A DNA stretch of 63,093 nt, the filler included, from Octopus bimaculoides (taxonomy: Eukaryota), in the NCBI RefSeq assembly GCF_001194135.2. It is 3 parts of 3 records of this genome, joined end to end, with 100 filler letters (N's around TTAATTAATTAA, not from the genome) between each part and the next. Parts side by side here need not be neighbours in the genome. Positions count along the whole stretch, not along the records: positions 28,539 to 57,699 come from NC_068990.1; 2 more parts are not named here. One strand, 5' to 3'. Positions 36,838-48,346 of this stretch are shown piece after piece. The notes beneath the pieces are model-generated. The model was not told where the DNA came from. It searched no databases and worked only from the letters and a program-made list of their open reading frames with translations. A program made the translations under genes and the position numbers. The stretch's first letter is position 1. Every line of letters begins with the position of its first letter.

Positions 36838-37008
36838 GTAGGGTGTGATTTGAGGAAGATTTGGTTGCTCTTTCTTGTAAGTAAAACGACTACATAGAGG
36901 ATCCCTCATTAGTTACTCACTGATGAATGGGCCAACGACGGAAACTCTACATTGTCGTTCGATCTGCGAAGATTAGCAGCCAAATTTGCATCAAATTTTA
37001 CAGCCTGC
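36838..37008. mobile_element. Degenerate fold-back (MITE-like) element: two ~75-bp inverted arms with a ~22-bp spacer
   Basis: Arm pairings ATTTGA/TCAAAT, ATTTGGTTGCT/AGCAGCCAAAT, AACGAC/GTCGTT and TAGAG/CTCTA. A related single arm is at about 41985-42060. Confidence 0.6.
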
Positions 37009-37191
37009 TGACTTAGAAATAAAATGACACTTTGAATAAGTTAAGTAAGTAACTGGCTTTCCGTCGGTTTCCATGATTTATCGACTGAATTACCGTATAA
37101 GTGACTGAGTACTACACCGTAATGTAATCAATTCTCAAGAAGAATCAGTGTGACAAAGCCGTACCTTTTAATTACAGGTATAGTCCAACAG

Positions 37192-37355
37192 GTGGGCTTC
37201 TAAATAGTTTCCATCTACCCGATCTCACTCACAAGGCTTGGGACGACACGAGGTTATTGGAAAATAACACTTGCTCAAGATGTCACTCAGTGGAATCGAA
37301 CGCGGAGCTTCGTGAATAAGAAGTGAACTTGTAAATGTTTCGGCCACAGTGCGTC
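37192..37355 (-). mobile_element. Diverged SINE family B fragment
   Basis: GGGCTTC...AGTTTCCATCTACC...CACTCACAAGGCTT...ACACTTGCTCAAG...CAGTGGAATCGAAC. Confidence 0.7.
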
Positions 37356-37475
37356 CAAATTAGATATGTAGTCATAGATAGTGTTCTTCAATATTTGTTT
37401 TTCAGTATAATTTCTACGCATGTGTCTGTCTCATGGCTTTGAAACTTGTTACGTTAATAATTATGAAAGTATTAC

Positions 37476-37776
37476 GTTTCTGTTATCAGATTCTGTTGTA
37501 ATAGAACCACATTTTTCAATATTCCAATATTGCACATTGTCTCCATTGCGAAAATTGGTGTTGGTATCAATATATACTTTGATTTCCATCTTGTAGATCT
37601 ACTTTTATCTATCATCATCATTTTCTCTCTCCCTCTCTCTTTATCTGTCAGCCACGCAGTAACCGATAACAGAATGTTACAGTCTAGTCTGCTGTGTATC
37701 TGATAATATATTCTTAGGTTGCGAATGAAATTATAAGGGGGTCGTGGCCGTTTGCGTGGTGATCGCATTTTATTGG
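37476..37776 (-). promoter_or_regulatory. Candidate core promoter (CCAAT 37776-37772, TATAA 37735-37731) with a possible first coding exon 37589-37476
   Basis: Motif order and spacing are plausible; ATG in aagATGG context, 38 open codons, then C|GTAATA. Motif-only evidence. Confidence 0.2.
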
Positions 37777-38760
37777 TTAATTTTCAATTCAATCAACCAT
37801 TGTGCGATAGTTTGGCATGCAGCTGCCTTCGAGAATTTTGTCTTACTCATTTTCGCTTCCTCTTTGTTGTATGCTATGTCATTTTAGATTTTGCTAATGA
37901 TTTTCTAAAAATTGATATCATTAATATTTCAAAAAATACATTTCTGTATAGTACAGCTCATAATATACTAGCTGTTGTTCAGTTTCTCTCCGTATGATAA
38001 TAAATAAATACGACTAGTTCTATACTTTTTAAGGTTTATTATGACATTCTCTAACCCTTTTGAGCGTGCGAATTTTTCAATTCTAGTAATATATATACAC
38101 ACACACACATACATACATGCATACATACACACACATACATACATATACAAGTACATATATANNNNNNNNNNNNNNNNNNNNNNNNNNNNNNNNNNNNNNN
38201 NNNNNNNNNNNNNNNNNNNNNNNNNNNNNNNNNNNNNNNNNNNNNNNNNNNNNNNNNNNNNNNNNNNNNNNNNNNNNNNNNNNNNNNNNNNNNNNNNNNN
38301 NNNNNNNNNNNNNNNNNNNNNNNNNNNNNNNNNNNNNNNNNNNNNNNNNNNNNNNNNNNNNNNNNNNNNNNNNNNNNNNNNNNNNNNNNNNNNNNNNNNN
38401 NNNNNNNNNNNNNNNNNNNNNNNNNNNNNNNNNNNNNNNNNNNNNNNNNNNNNNNNNNNNNNNNNNNNNNNNNNNNNNNNNNNNNNNNNNNNNNNNNNNN
38501 NNNNNNNNNNNNNNNNNNNNNNNNNNNNNNNNNNNNNNNNNNNNNNNNNNNNNNNNNNNNNNNNNNNNNNNNNNNNNNNNNNNNNNNNNNNNNNNNNNNN
38601 NNNNNNNNNNNNNNNNNNNNNATTACTGTATTGCACTATTTAATATTTTTTCTTTGTATGTGTATATATATAAATAAAGATAAGATCGTTATTTAAAAAT
38701 ACCGATCTTATCAGGTGGCCAGCATGAGAATAAAAACCTCAAAGGTAATAATTATTATAA

Positions 38761-39101
38761 AAATTATAATTTAGGGTATCTAAGAGATACCACACTGGTC
38801 TTGTGCATACGTGCATATATATGTATGTATACGTTCGTATATGTAAGTATTCGTATTGATGTATATATATATTTGTATTTATGTGCTATCTGAGTGTATT
38901 CCACTGATGAAGGCAGAGCATTTCTTATGCAAAGCCAGAAATCCGGGATCTGGAATTATCCAGTAATTTTTTTGCTAGTTTATTTTGTCTTTTTCTGTTT
39001 TCTCCTGGTGCTGTATGTACATTTAATGTGGTTTTAGAGTCAAGGTTTTGACTGCTATTTCAAGCATTGTGGTATCTCTTAGATACCCTAAATCATAATT
39101 T
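38761..39101 (+). mobile_element. 341-bp non-autonomous element with 34-bp terminal inverted repeats carrying a hammerhead ribozyme (PLE-derivative / retrozyme-like)
   Basis: 38761-38794 vs reverse complement of 39068-39101 is 33/34 identical; each arm contains the hairpin GGTATCT-nnn-AGATACC; hammerhead inside at 38898-38956. Confidence 0.72.
38898..38956 (+). ncRNA. Type I hammerhead ribozyme (HHR-1)
   Basis: Stem I AUUCCA/UGGAAU (6 bp); core CUGAUGA 38904-38910; stem II GGC/GCC extended by GCAU/AUGC; GAAA 38938-38941; near-palindromic stem III AUCCGGGAU; AUC cleavage triplet ending 38950. The 10.1-11.1 pair is a non-canonical A.A. Confidence 0.75.
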
Positions 39102-39760
39102 ATATATATTTAAACCATCAACACTGTACAGCAAGATCCATGATGGTAGAATCCTTGAAGTATAAAGTTCAAATGGCAATCCGGTTGGAGTTGTGGTAAA
39201 AAGGTTCGGAAGAGATGGCAAAGGTCTGAGAACGTCTGAAAGGAGATGAGAGTACAAGAGAAGAGGAAGCTCTGTCAGGTAGGACGAAACTGGGGTGACC
39301 ACGTGAGCGTATATTTATATGTCATTTAAAATATTTTTGCACAATTTTGAACCGCGTGTGTGTGTGTGTGTGTAATTATTTTCAGGATCCACTAGAATCG
39401 AGGTATTTTAATAATAAGGATAGCATACACCTGTATCAACAGTGTGTACGAACACTCACGTTCTTACTAGAGTATAAGCTGATTTGTCCTTCAAGTTATG
39501 CATACATCCACATTTACAGACCAAATACATTGAACGTATACATAAAAATCACACAAGAGTATACTCTGGCATACTGTTCACGGTCCACTGTGGGCTCAAA
39601 ATTGAACAAAGAGAAGGTTCCGAATATGGTGTAGTATAAGTAATGACACAAATAGGGTCAGGTTAACTTTATGGTCCTTTATGTTTATCCGAGGATCACA
39701 AGGCCTAAGGGGTTCCGTCCAGTCTTCAAGTTTCAGCTCATATTATTATGTGTGCGCGCA

Positions 39761-39809
<49 letters not shown>

Positions 39810-40412
39810 GAGAAACTACGATAAACATAAGTTGGTTTTGTCTACATTTGCCCTGTATATCATAACCAGTAACATTACCTAATACAAACTAAACACCTTT
39901 ACAGCACCAGTCGTACATCTAACTATCCGCACAAGATATTCTCTGTACGTCTGTGCGCGTGTGTGTGTATGTGTGTGCGTGTGCGCGCGCGAGCGAGCGC
40001 GTGTAATGTTGTAAATAAGCGAAGGAAAATTAAATACGTATATTTTATGCATCCTCTTCCTTGTTCCTAGACTTCAAATTCAAAGCCTAATCCCGCCAAG
40101 TATTATATAGAAATGATTATCTTCCTTACACTAAGTGGCCACGTGCGTATATATGTATGCGTGTGTATGAGTGTGTTTGTATGCACATATACATACATGT
40201 GCACACACACACGCGCGCGCGTTTATGTGTAGAAATCAAAGGTAAGTGTACTCAATGCATTCTGTAGGCTTTATATCTAAAATTAAACATTTATAAATTG
40301 CATCTGACAGTTCACGAACTTAGTTCACGTCTGTGTCAAACAGTAAGTAACGCAACAGTTAAATGTGTGTGTGTGTGTGTAAGAAATGGAGACGTACACA
40401 CACAAACACACA

Positions 40413-40452
<40 letters not shown>

Positions 40453-40724
40453 CACGCACACACACACACAGTGACTGATACACGGAGAAAAACAAGCAGA
40501 TAGATAGTGACAGGCAGACAGACAGAAAGATTATAACAGCTTCTTCTTCTTCTTCTTCTTNNNNNNNNNNNNNNNNNNNNNNNNNNNNNNNNNNNNNNNN
40601 NNNNNNNNNNNNNNNNNNNNNNNNNNNNNNNNNNNNNNNNNNNNNNNNNNNNNNNNNNNNACTGTTGACGGGATGGGCAGGGCTTTTGGAACAGTGCAGT
40701 GGTAACCTGTTCGATACCAAAGTT

Positions 40725-40830
40725 ATGTCAACCCCTCTAGGATCTTCAATGTGTGTATCACTACATATCTCTTCCGTCTTCTCTCCAGGGAATATAATCG
40801 TAATTCTTTCAGTGTCTTCCAGTAGCTCAA
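40725..40830 (-). mobile_element. CR1-clade LINE fragment near the ORF2 C-terminus
   Basis: Minus frame QLSYWKTLKELRLYSLERRRKRYVVIHTLKILEGL is the CR1 'LSYWERLK.L.LYSLERRRERY....KILEGL' motif. Confidence 0.85.
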
Positions 40831-41393
40831 CTGTGCATGTGTGTGCGTGTGTATGCATGTATGTATGTGTGTGTGTGATTTTTAACTGTCTTGAAGGTGT
40901 AGATCTGATTCTGATCCGGAAAGAATGAAACTTAACTGCAACTCATCAGACGATTCATTCAGTTATTCAATTTATATTATATTCTATTTTATTGTATTGC
41001 ATTATTAATTTCAGTTCTTTAATCACTTATGTGCGCGTGTTTGAGTGTGTACATGTGTGGGAGTGAGCACAATAATTTTCTTCTCTGATTCACCACCTGT
41101 AGATTAAATTATATATGCGCATTAACACATAGATACACGCACAANNNNNNNNNNNNNNNNNNNNNNNNNNNNNNNNNNNNNNNNNNNNNNNNNNNNNNNN
41201 NNNNNNNNNNNNNNNNNNNNNNNNNNNNNNNNNNNNNNNNNNNNNNNNNNNNNNNNNNNNNNNNNNNNNNNNNNNNNNNNNNNNNNNNNNNNNNNNNNNN
41301 NNNNNNNNNNNNNNNNNNNNNNNNNNNNNNNNNNNNNNNNNNNNNNNNNNNNNNNNNNNNNNNNNNNNNNNNNNNNNNNNNNNNNNNNNNNNN

Positions 41394-41440
<47 letters not shown>

Positions 41441-42180
41441 TTGCATATATATATGCGTGTGTACTTGTGCATGTATGAAGGCATTCATGCATGTATAATA
41501 TGTATAAGTACGTGTAAGTAGACAAGCAATCCCAATACTTAATTCTTCGCTGATTGATTAAAGAGAAGTGCCTAAGTTTTAATTAACCATAACTATTCAG
41601 CAAATATGAATTGAAAAGGAGCGGCGATTGATGTTATTTCAATTATCCAGCTGCGTTTGCGTAAAAGGTCAAATGCCCGTATATTTACTGCTTTCATTGC
41701 AGCTTACATAGACAGACACGTCGTATAATATATTTTGCATACAGCCTGCACTGCAGGATATCTCCTCGCAGCTGTCGACTGAAGATCACACAATGTTTCC
41801 GATACCTTTCCCACAGATTGTTCTCTCTAAGAGGAACAGCCAGCCAGTATTGAAGCGATCAGGATATATTTAAAGGATATACCCTGACCACAATGTAGCA
41901 CGTTTTCTCCACCTATCATCCAAGTAGCCACCCAAGTGGCAGAAGAAACCACCCAACCCATAACTAACTAGGATAATGAGCTGACGAGGCAACTATGTAT
42001 GTGATCGCTCAATCTCTAGAAATAGTAGCTGAATTACCCTTCAAATACGCCCTATCGTTATAAGTAAGGATAGAAACTTTTGGGATAATGTTGTTCTACA
42101 TTCTTTAAAAGACATGATGGTTACTGTTGGACTACCTTTCCTTATATATATGCATGTGTATGTATGTGCCCGTATGTGTG

Positions 42181-42340
42181 GGAAGGCGCGTGGCCTAGTG
42201 GTTAGGGTCTTGAGATCATAGTTTCGATTCCCAGGCGGGTGATGCGTTTGTTTTTGAGCAAAACGCTTCATTTCCCGTTGCTCCAGTCCAGTCAGCGGTA
42301 AGTAGATAACCTTGCAATGAACTGGCATCTCATCAAGGGG
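42181..42340 (+). mobile_element. tRNA-derived SINE (family C)
   Basis: GCGTGGCCTAGTGGTTAGGG A-box head, GTTTCGATTCC B-box, TTGAGCAAAAC.CTTCAT; homologous to 53896. Confidence 0.8.
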
Positions 42341-42472
42341 GTGTTGGATGCGAGGAATCGCATTATGACCGGTGGTATATAATAGTTTGGTTGATACATG
42401 CATATTTGTATGTACACACACCCACACACCCACACACCCAACCATACAATATATATATATATATATATATAT

Positions 42473-42941
42473 AGGCGTGCTTCCCAGCCACATGGTTCTG
42501 AGCTCAGTCCCACTGCGTGGCACCTTGGGCAAGTGTCTTCTACTATAGCCTCGAGCCGACCAACGCCTTGTAGACGGAAACTGGAAGAAGCCCGTCGTGT
42601 GTGCGTGAGTGTGTGTGTACAGTCTCAGTGCGGAGCAATTTGAGCGAGTGTCTTCTACTGTAGCCCTAGACCGACCAATACTTTGTGAGTGAATCTAATA
42701 CATGGAAACTGTGTGAAGCTTGTGTGTGAATGTGTGTATATGTATATGTGTATGTGTATGTGTTTGCGTCTGTGTAGTTCTCCTTCCATTATTTGACAAC
42801 CGATATTGATTTGTTTATGTCCGTAACTTAGCAATTCGGCACAGATTTCAAAATAAATACTGGAGTCGATTCGTTCGATTAAAACCCTTCAATGCAGTGC
42901 CCCAGCATGGCTGCAGTCCAGTGACTGAAACAAGTAAAAGA
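42473..42941 (+). mobile_element. SINE family B composite (head, duplicated middle, (TG)n, 3' tail)
   Basis: TTCCCAGCCACATGGTTC...CCCACTGCGTGGCACCTTGGGCAAGTGTCTTCTACTATAGCC; second partial copy at 42625-42722; tail ...GCATGGCTGCAGTCCAGTGACTGAAACAAGTAAAAGA. Confidence 0.85.
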
Positions 42942-43192
42942 TAATATATATATATATAAGATTTAATTTACTTGTTTCTCGTGGACATTGGGATCCTGGG
43001 TGGTTGTGATCGCCTCGCTTCAGTGACAATCAGCTCTTGACTATGAAATCAAAAACTACATACACATGCACTTATACATGCATATATATATATGTGTGTA
43101 TACACATATATTTGTGTGTATATATGTGTATATGTATATATGTTTACGGGTACGTACTTGTGTATAGTTGATTCTCTTTCATCACATAACCT

Positions 43193-43292
43193 CAGTGATG
43201 GAAATTATGCAATTAACCGAAATAACCGAAATTAACCGAAATAATCGAAATCAACCGAAATAACCGAAATTAACCGAAATTAACCGAAATAA
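43193..43292 (+). repeat. 8 tandem copies of (T)AACCGAAAT preceded by CAGTGATGG; probable hAT-type left end with subterminal repeats
   Basis: Units at 43214, 43223, 43233, 43242, 43252, 43261, 43271 and 43281. The array is certain; the hAT assignment is inferred from the CAGTG start, and no right TIR was found. Confidence 0.6.
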
Positions 43293-43377
43293 GTGGTTTT
43301 GCTTTGTAGGCAAGACCTTATGATCTTTCATTATATTGCCAGCAATAAGACATCATGGTTAGATTACACATTTATCA

Positions 43378-43526
43378 TTTCTTTTACTTGTTTCAGTCGC
43401 TGGTCTGCGGCCATGCTGAAGCATTGTCTTAAAGGGTTTTAGTCGAACAAATTGATCTCAGTACTTATTTTGAAATCTGATACAGCGATTGTCAAGTAAT
43501 GGTAACAAACACAGATGCACACACAC

Positions 43527-43571
<45 letters not shown>

Positions 43572-43697
43572 TACAGGGTTACCACACAGTTTCCGTGTAC
43601 CAAATACATTTACAAGGCATCGGTGGGTGTGGGATTGAACCCAAAGCCATGTGACTGCAAAGCGAGCTTCTTAACCTCATAGCCAAACCTGTGCCTA
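43378..43697 (-). mobile_element. SINE family B, diverged, with an internal (GATA)n
   Basis: TTTTACTTGTTTCAGTC...CTGCGGCCATGCTG...GGGATTGAACCC...AGCTTCTTAACC. Confidence 0.75.
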
Positions 43698-44094
43698 TAT
43701 GTGCATTATTTTGCAAAACAACTTACAGTAAGTTTTATATTACTTCATTTCTTTTTTTTTTTTTGTTACAAAATGTCGGTTTGAAGTTGTTTGTAATAAA
43801 TTATACTTGTTAAATGTATTGGAAAATTTATCACAAATCGACTTGTTCACCTTCAAATTTATATTTAATCGCTCTACGACTTCCTTTAATAAGACTTAAA
43901 GCTCACGTGAAGTAGAAGGTATGAATACGTTTTAATCAATATCTTGTGCAAAATTCAAGTAATAAATTGAAATTTGTAGCTTGCTCGAAATTGAGATTTT
44001 AATAGTCACTATGGTACCCTGTCGTTAGATTTGAATTTGTTTTTTTTTTATATTTTATCTTATTGTCCTCTAACTACTGCTGATTCGCACACGT

Positions 44095-44460
44095 CTTGAA
44101 AGACTGTTAAAATATAAAGCCATCAAACTATAAAATCTGTTAAAATGTAAAAACTGTTGAAAATATAAAAATCTGTGAAAATATAGACTGCTAAAATATA
44201 AAAACATAAAAATTAAGAACATAGAAATATACAAACCATTAAAATACGAAAGTTGTTAAAATATAAAACTGTTACAATATAAAGCTGCTAAGAAATAAAG
44301 AAAAAGGCTAATAAAAACTGTTACAATTTAAAAATCAAAAAATACAAAAACCGCAAACGAATTATAAAATTAGAAAATTGTTAAAATAAATGTAAAATCT
44401 ACAAAAATATAAAGAGTGCAAATATATAAAAACTAAAACTACTAAAATATTCACAAATAT
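44095..44460 (+). repeat. Degenerate A-rich minisatellite, ~18-bp unit AAAACTGTTAAAATAT(A)
   Basis: Recurrent CTGTTAAAAT/CTGCTAAAAT motifs across about 360 bp. Confidence 0.75.
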
Positions 44461-45705
44461 TCTCTTCTATGAAATTTCTCATTATCTCTAGGGAAGAGAG
44501 AGAGAGTCTAACATCAGTTGTCGAGACAAGAATTTTGCCCAAAGAATCCTTTTATCTTAATTTCAGAGTATTTGTAATATCGTAGTCACGTGGTTGTGTG
44601 TTAAATCAAACCAAAAATAAATTCAGTAGGTAATCATAGATAATCCACAAACTTACAAACGGAGTGGAGCCTCATCAAAAGCTAGTGTTACTGACTCTCT
44701 TGACAACTCCTGCCGTCTGCTCTCTCTCTCTCTCTCAGACCTACTGGTCTAGCTTTTCCTCTGACCCAGTAAGGAACGGGCGGAAAGAAGCCCCTGAATA
44801 AGTACGAGGACCACCCAAGATGGATTAAATCAGTCCTGACTAGGGTCATCATCATCTCAGCTTCTCACACTGTCGAAAAACCCCAGGCGCGTGCCATTAT
44901 TTAAATCATCTGGTTGAATTATTGTTATTGTGTTTGATAGAAGAAACATCAGTCCCAGTTAAGATTTGCGAGTAATGAGTGGGCAATGCAATTGTCAACA
45001 AGCCATACAACGTCTCTCTTCTTCCGGTGGGAGGTTATCTCTCTGTTGACTTCTCTCAGCCATGTGGTGAATATTTCTCAAATTAACCAGACGTTCTTGC
45101 GGTTGTTTTTTTTTTATAGGTCAAAGGAAGTGTCTTCCTACGGATATGTCTAAATTCTTTATTTTTCACGATCATTTGCGACTTTCTTTTGTCATTTTCT
45201 GACATGTTGGAAACCCCTCTATTATCATAACACTATTTCTTTGCTTCCGCTTATGTTCTCTGCCTTAGGTAGGAGACAAGGGTACCATTTGGAACAACTG
45301 TGTATTACAATCCGCTTTCGTCTGCATTGTAGGTGTCATCAGAGCAGTAAATCTGCAAAATATCAGCAAATAATAGGACATACGTTCAGTTATCAACTGT
45401 CAAGAATGATCGGAAGTCGAAACACGCTCTGTATGCTTTATAAAGGCCAGAACGAGATACTTAAGTTACTTTCAAGATCAGTGATGTTGTATTCAATATT
45501 CCCCAAAATAATTGCGTGTACATACATACTCATACACACGCTCATATACATATTCATGCATGCATATAANNNNNNNNNNTATATATATTTACATGTATAC
45601 ATATATGTATATGTATATGTATATATATACATGTATACATACATGTATCTGTGTATATGTATTTATATACGCATATGCATACATATATGCATGTATGCAG
45701 ATATG

Positions 45706-46022
45706 TTGTTGGCACTCTGTCGCTTACGACGTCGAGGGTTCCAGTTGATCCGATCAACGGAACAGCCTGCTCGTGAAATTAACGTGCAAGTGGCTGAGTA
45801 CTCGACAGACACGTGTACCCTTAACGTAGTTCTCGGGGATATTCAGCGTGACACAGTGTGACACAGTGTGACAAGGCTGACCCTTTGAATTACAAGCACA
45901 ACAGAAACAGGAAATAAGAGCGAGAGAAAGTTGTGGTGAAAGAGTAGAGCAGGGTTCGCCACCATCCCCTGCCGGAGCCTCGTGGAGCTTTAGGTGTTTT
46001 CGCTCAATAAACACTCACAACA
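45706..46022 (-). mobile_element. SINE family D, well preserved, head lost in the gap
   Basis: Homologous to 23376-23690; the 3' end reads GGATCAACTGGAACCCTCGACGTCGTAAGCGACAGAGTGCCAACAACA on the minus strand. Confidence 0.88.
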
Positions 46023-46676
46023 NNNNNNNNNNNNNNNNNNNNNNNNNNNNNNNNNNNNNNNNNNNNNNNNNNNNNNNNNNNNNNNNNNNNNNNNNNNNNN
46101 NNNNNNNNNNNNNNNNNNNNNNNNNNNNNNNNNNNNNNNNNNNNNNNNNNNNNNNNNNNNNNNNNNNNNNNNNNNNNNNNNNNNNNNNNNNNNNNNNNNN
46201 NNNNNNNNNNNNNNNNNNNNNNNNNNNNNNNNNNNNNNNNNNNNNNNNNNNNNNNNNNNNNNNNNNNNNNNNNNNNNNNNNNNNNNNNNNNNNNNNNNNN
46301 NNNNNNNNNNNNNNNNNNNNNNNNNNNNNNNNNNNNNNNNNNNNNNNNNNNNNNNNNNNNNNNNNNNNNNNNNNNNNNNNNNNNNNNNNNNNNNNNNNNN
46401 NNNNNNNNNNNNNNNNNNNNNNNNNNNNNNNNNNNNNNNNNNNNNNNNNNNNNNNNNNNNNNNNNNNNNNNNNNNNNNNNNNNNNNNNNNNNNNNNNNNN
46501 NNNNNNNNNNNNNNNNNNNNNNNNNNNNNNNNNNNNNNNNNNNNNNNNNNNNNNNNNNNNNNNNNNNNNNNNNNNNNNNNNNNNNNNNNNNNNNNNNNNN
46601 NNNNNNNNNNNNNNNNNNNNNNNNNNNNNNNNNNNNNNNNNNNNNNNNNNNNNNNNNNNNNNNNNNNNNNNNNNNA

Positions 46677-47318
46677 ATGACCTTTAAAAAAAGGTCCGGA
46701 TCAACTTCCAACTGTTCTTTCTTTTCAGACGTGACACGTTCAGTCGTGACTGCTTTTGATCTTCCATAAGCAAGCGAGTCACAAATTTTCATTCGCAATT
46801 TCTCGCTCAAAATTCATTAGCAGGAGCTCCAGGACACACCAGTTATGTCAACAAGTTCGACAATTGTTTGGTGACGGTCTTCCAAGATCAGTTCCTGCAT
46901 TTTCATGATGTTTTCATTCGTTCAGGAGGTCGACGGTCGTCCTGAACGAGGTTGGTCTTCAAGCGACAAGAGACCATTCCTAGAGCGTGGAAACCACTCG
47001 CAAACTTGTGCTTTGCTCGTGGCAGCGTCCTTCTAAGCTGTTTGAAGCATGACAACTGTTTCAGCCGCCGTTTTCTCCTGCAGAAAACAGAATTTCACAG
47101 AAGCACACTATTCGTTCGTTTCAGCCATCGCAAAAATCGACGAACAAGGGAGAAGCATTGCAAAACAAAGAAGCACCACGTAGCAGTACGACTACACTCG
47201 ACGACGCCAGTCGGCAGACTGATAGTGGCATCAAGTGGCTTCTAGTAGCGGAAGCTTGAACTACAACGGGTTTATCCCGCAGAGGACGTTTCCGGTTACT
47301 TTTGGGTACCCCCTCGTA
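46677..47318 (-). mobile_element. mariner transposon 5' half (TIR + HTH region), truncated by the gap
   Basis: TA-CGAGGGGGTACCCAAAAGTAACCGGAA terminus; MAETNE*CASVKFCFLQEKTAAETVVMLQTA...QVCEWFPR...LEDQPRSGRPSTS...LILEDR...LEVDPDLFLKVI just before the expected TGDE. Confidence 0.88.
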
Positions 47319-47324
47319 TAAGAA

Positions 47325-48178
47325 ATATGTAAGAAAGCTGCTCAAATTGACTTGTTTCACCTGGAAAACTGGATCTGTTCCCTAACAGTTCAAAGATGCA
47401 TCTCTAACGCACTTGTATGAAAAGAAAGTGGAAGAAGAATGCATGTGATAATCATAGCGGAATAAGCCTGTTGTGCATAGCTGGAAAAAATCTTGCGAGG
47501 GTGATCCTTAACCGCATTAATAAACATGTAATAATCAGCATATATCTTGAATCCCAATGTGTATTTCAGGCTGAGAGAGGCACAATTGACATAAATTTTG
47601 CCCTCCGACAAGTTCGAGAGAAAGCGCGTGAACAAAATACTGACTTGTACGTGGTCTTTATCGACTTGACCTTGATCTTTGATACAGTGAATCGTAAGAC
47701 GGTCTGGAAAATTTTGTCAGGAAGTTGGACTTCCTGATAAAATGATGAGGGTAATAGTATCCCTGCATAAAGGAATAATGGCAACAGTGATATCTAGTAT
47801 GAATGTTTAAAGGCATTTTCTGTTGCCACTGGAACCAAACAGAGCTATGTTTTAACCCCTGTACTTTTTTTCCCATTTTTTTTTCAATGATACTCCAACA
47901 TGCTTTAAGGGATTACCATGAAGGTTTAAAATTTCAGTTTCGCACAGGAGGAGATCTACTAAACCCGAAAGGGTAGTTTCAGATCGAAGAAAAAGACCAA
48001 GGAAGAGATTCTACATGACTTTCTGTTCGCTGATTATTGCGCTCTGTTGCCTCATACATTTGAGGGAATTCAGGAAACTGTCAATAGTCTTGCTGCGGCA
48101 ACTCGTGCATTTGGACTATCAGCATTAAGAAGACTGAAGTTTTATTCCAACCAAAGCCTGAGGTAGAACATATTCACG
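47325..48178 (+). mobile_element. RTE-clade LINE reverse transcriptase relic
   Basis: CDNHSGISLLCIAGKNLARVILNRI...ESQCVFQAERGTIDINFALRQVREKAREQNTDLYVVFIDLTLIFDTVNR...TGTKQSYVLTP...DFLFADYCAL...KKTEVLFQPKP; ends at a (TG)n tract. Confidence 0.9.
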
Positions 48179-48264
<86 letters not shown>

Positions 48265-48278
48265 ATCAAAACAGTTTG

Positions 48279-48346
48279 ATTCAAATTCGTTGGTACTCCG
48301 AGAGTTTCAAGCGTGATGCTAATCTTCAGCCATTTTGAATTTGAAT
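48279..48346 (-). ncRNA. Type I hammerhead ribozyme-like motif with extended stem I (HHR-3)
   Basis: Minus strand: AUUCAAAUUC-AAAA-UGG-CUGAAGA-UU-AGC-AUCAC-GCU-U-GAAA-CUC-UCG-GAG-UA-CCA-AC-GAAUUUGAAU. It has a 10-bp outer stem I, internal loop, 3-bp inner stem I, perfect stem III and a GUA triplet (cut between 48294 and 48293). The base of stem II is defective (U.U plus an extra U). Confidence 0.65.

Noticed and set aside
36885-36960. CTGATGA...GAAAC...GTC resembling a hammerhead
   Set aside because: Neither stem I nor stem II can form; the pairings seen are explained by the surrounding fold-back element.
40325-40858. Protein-like minus ORF ...ELLEDTERITIIFPGEKTEEICSDTHIEDPRGVDITL with apparent splice sites
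   Set aside because: The adjacent frame is a clear CR1 motif (LSYWKTLKELRLYSLERRR), so this is an off-frame reading of a LINE relic.
44573-44900. Possible solo LTR starting TGTAATATCG
   Set aside because: No convincing matching CA end, TSD or polyadenylation signal was found.
45290-45352. Minus-strand CUGAUGA...CAGAC-GAAA, partly similar to HHR-2
   Set aside because: Stems I, II and III are all broken. It may be a very old relative, but no fold can be supported.
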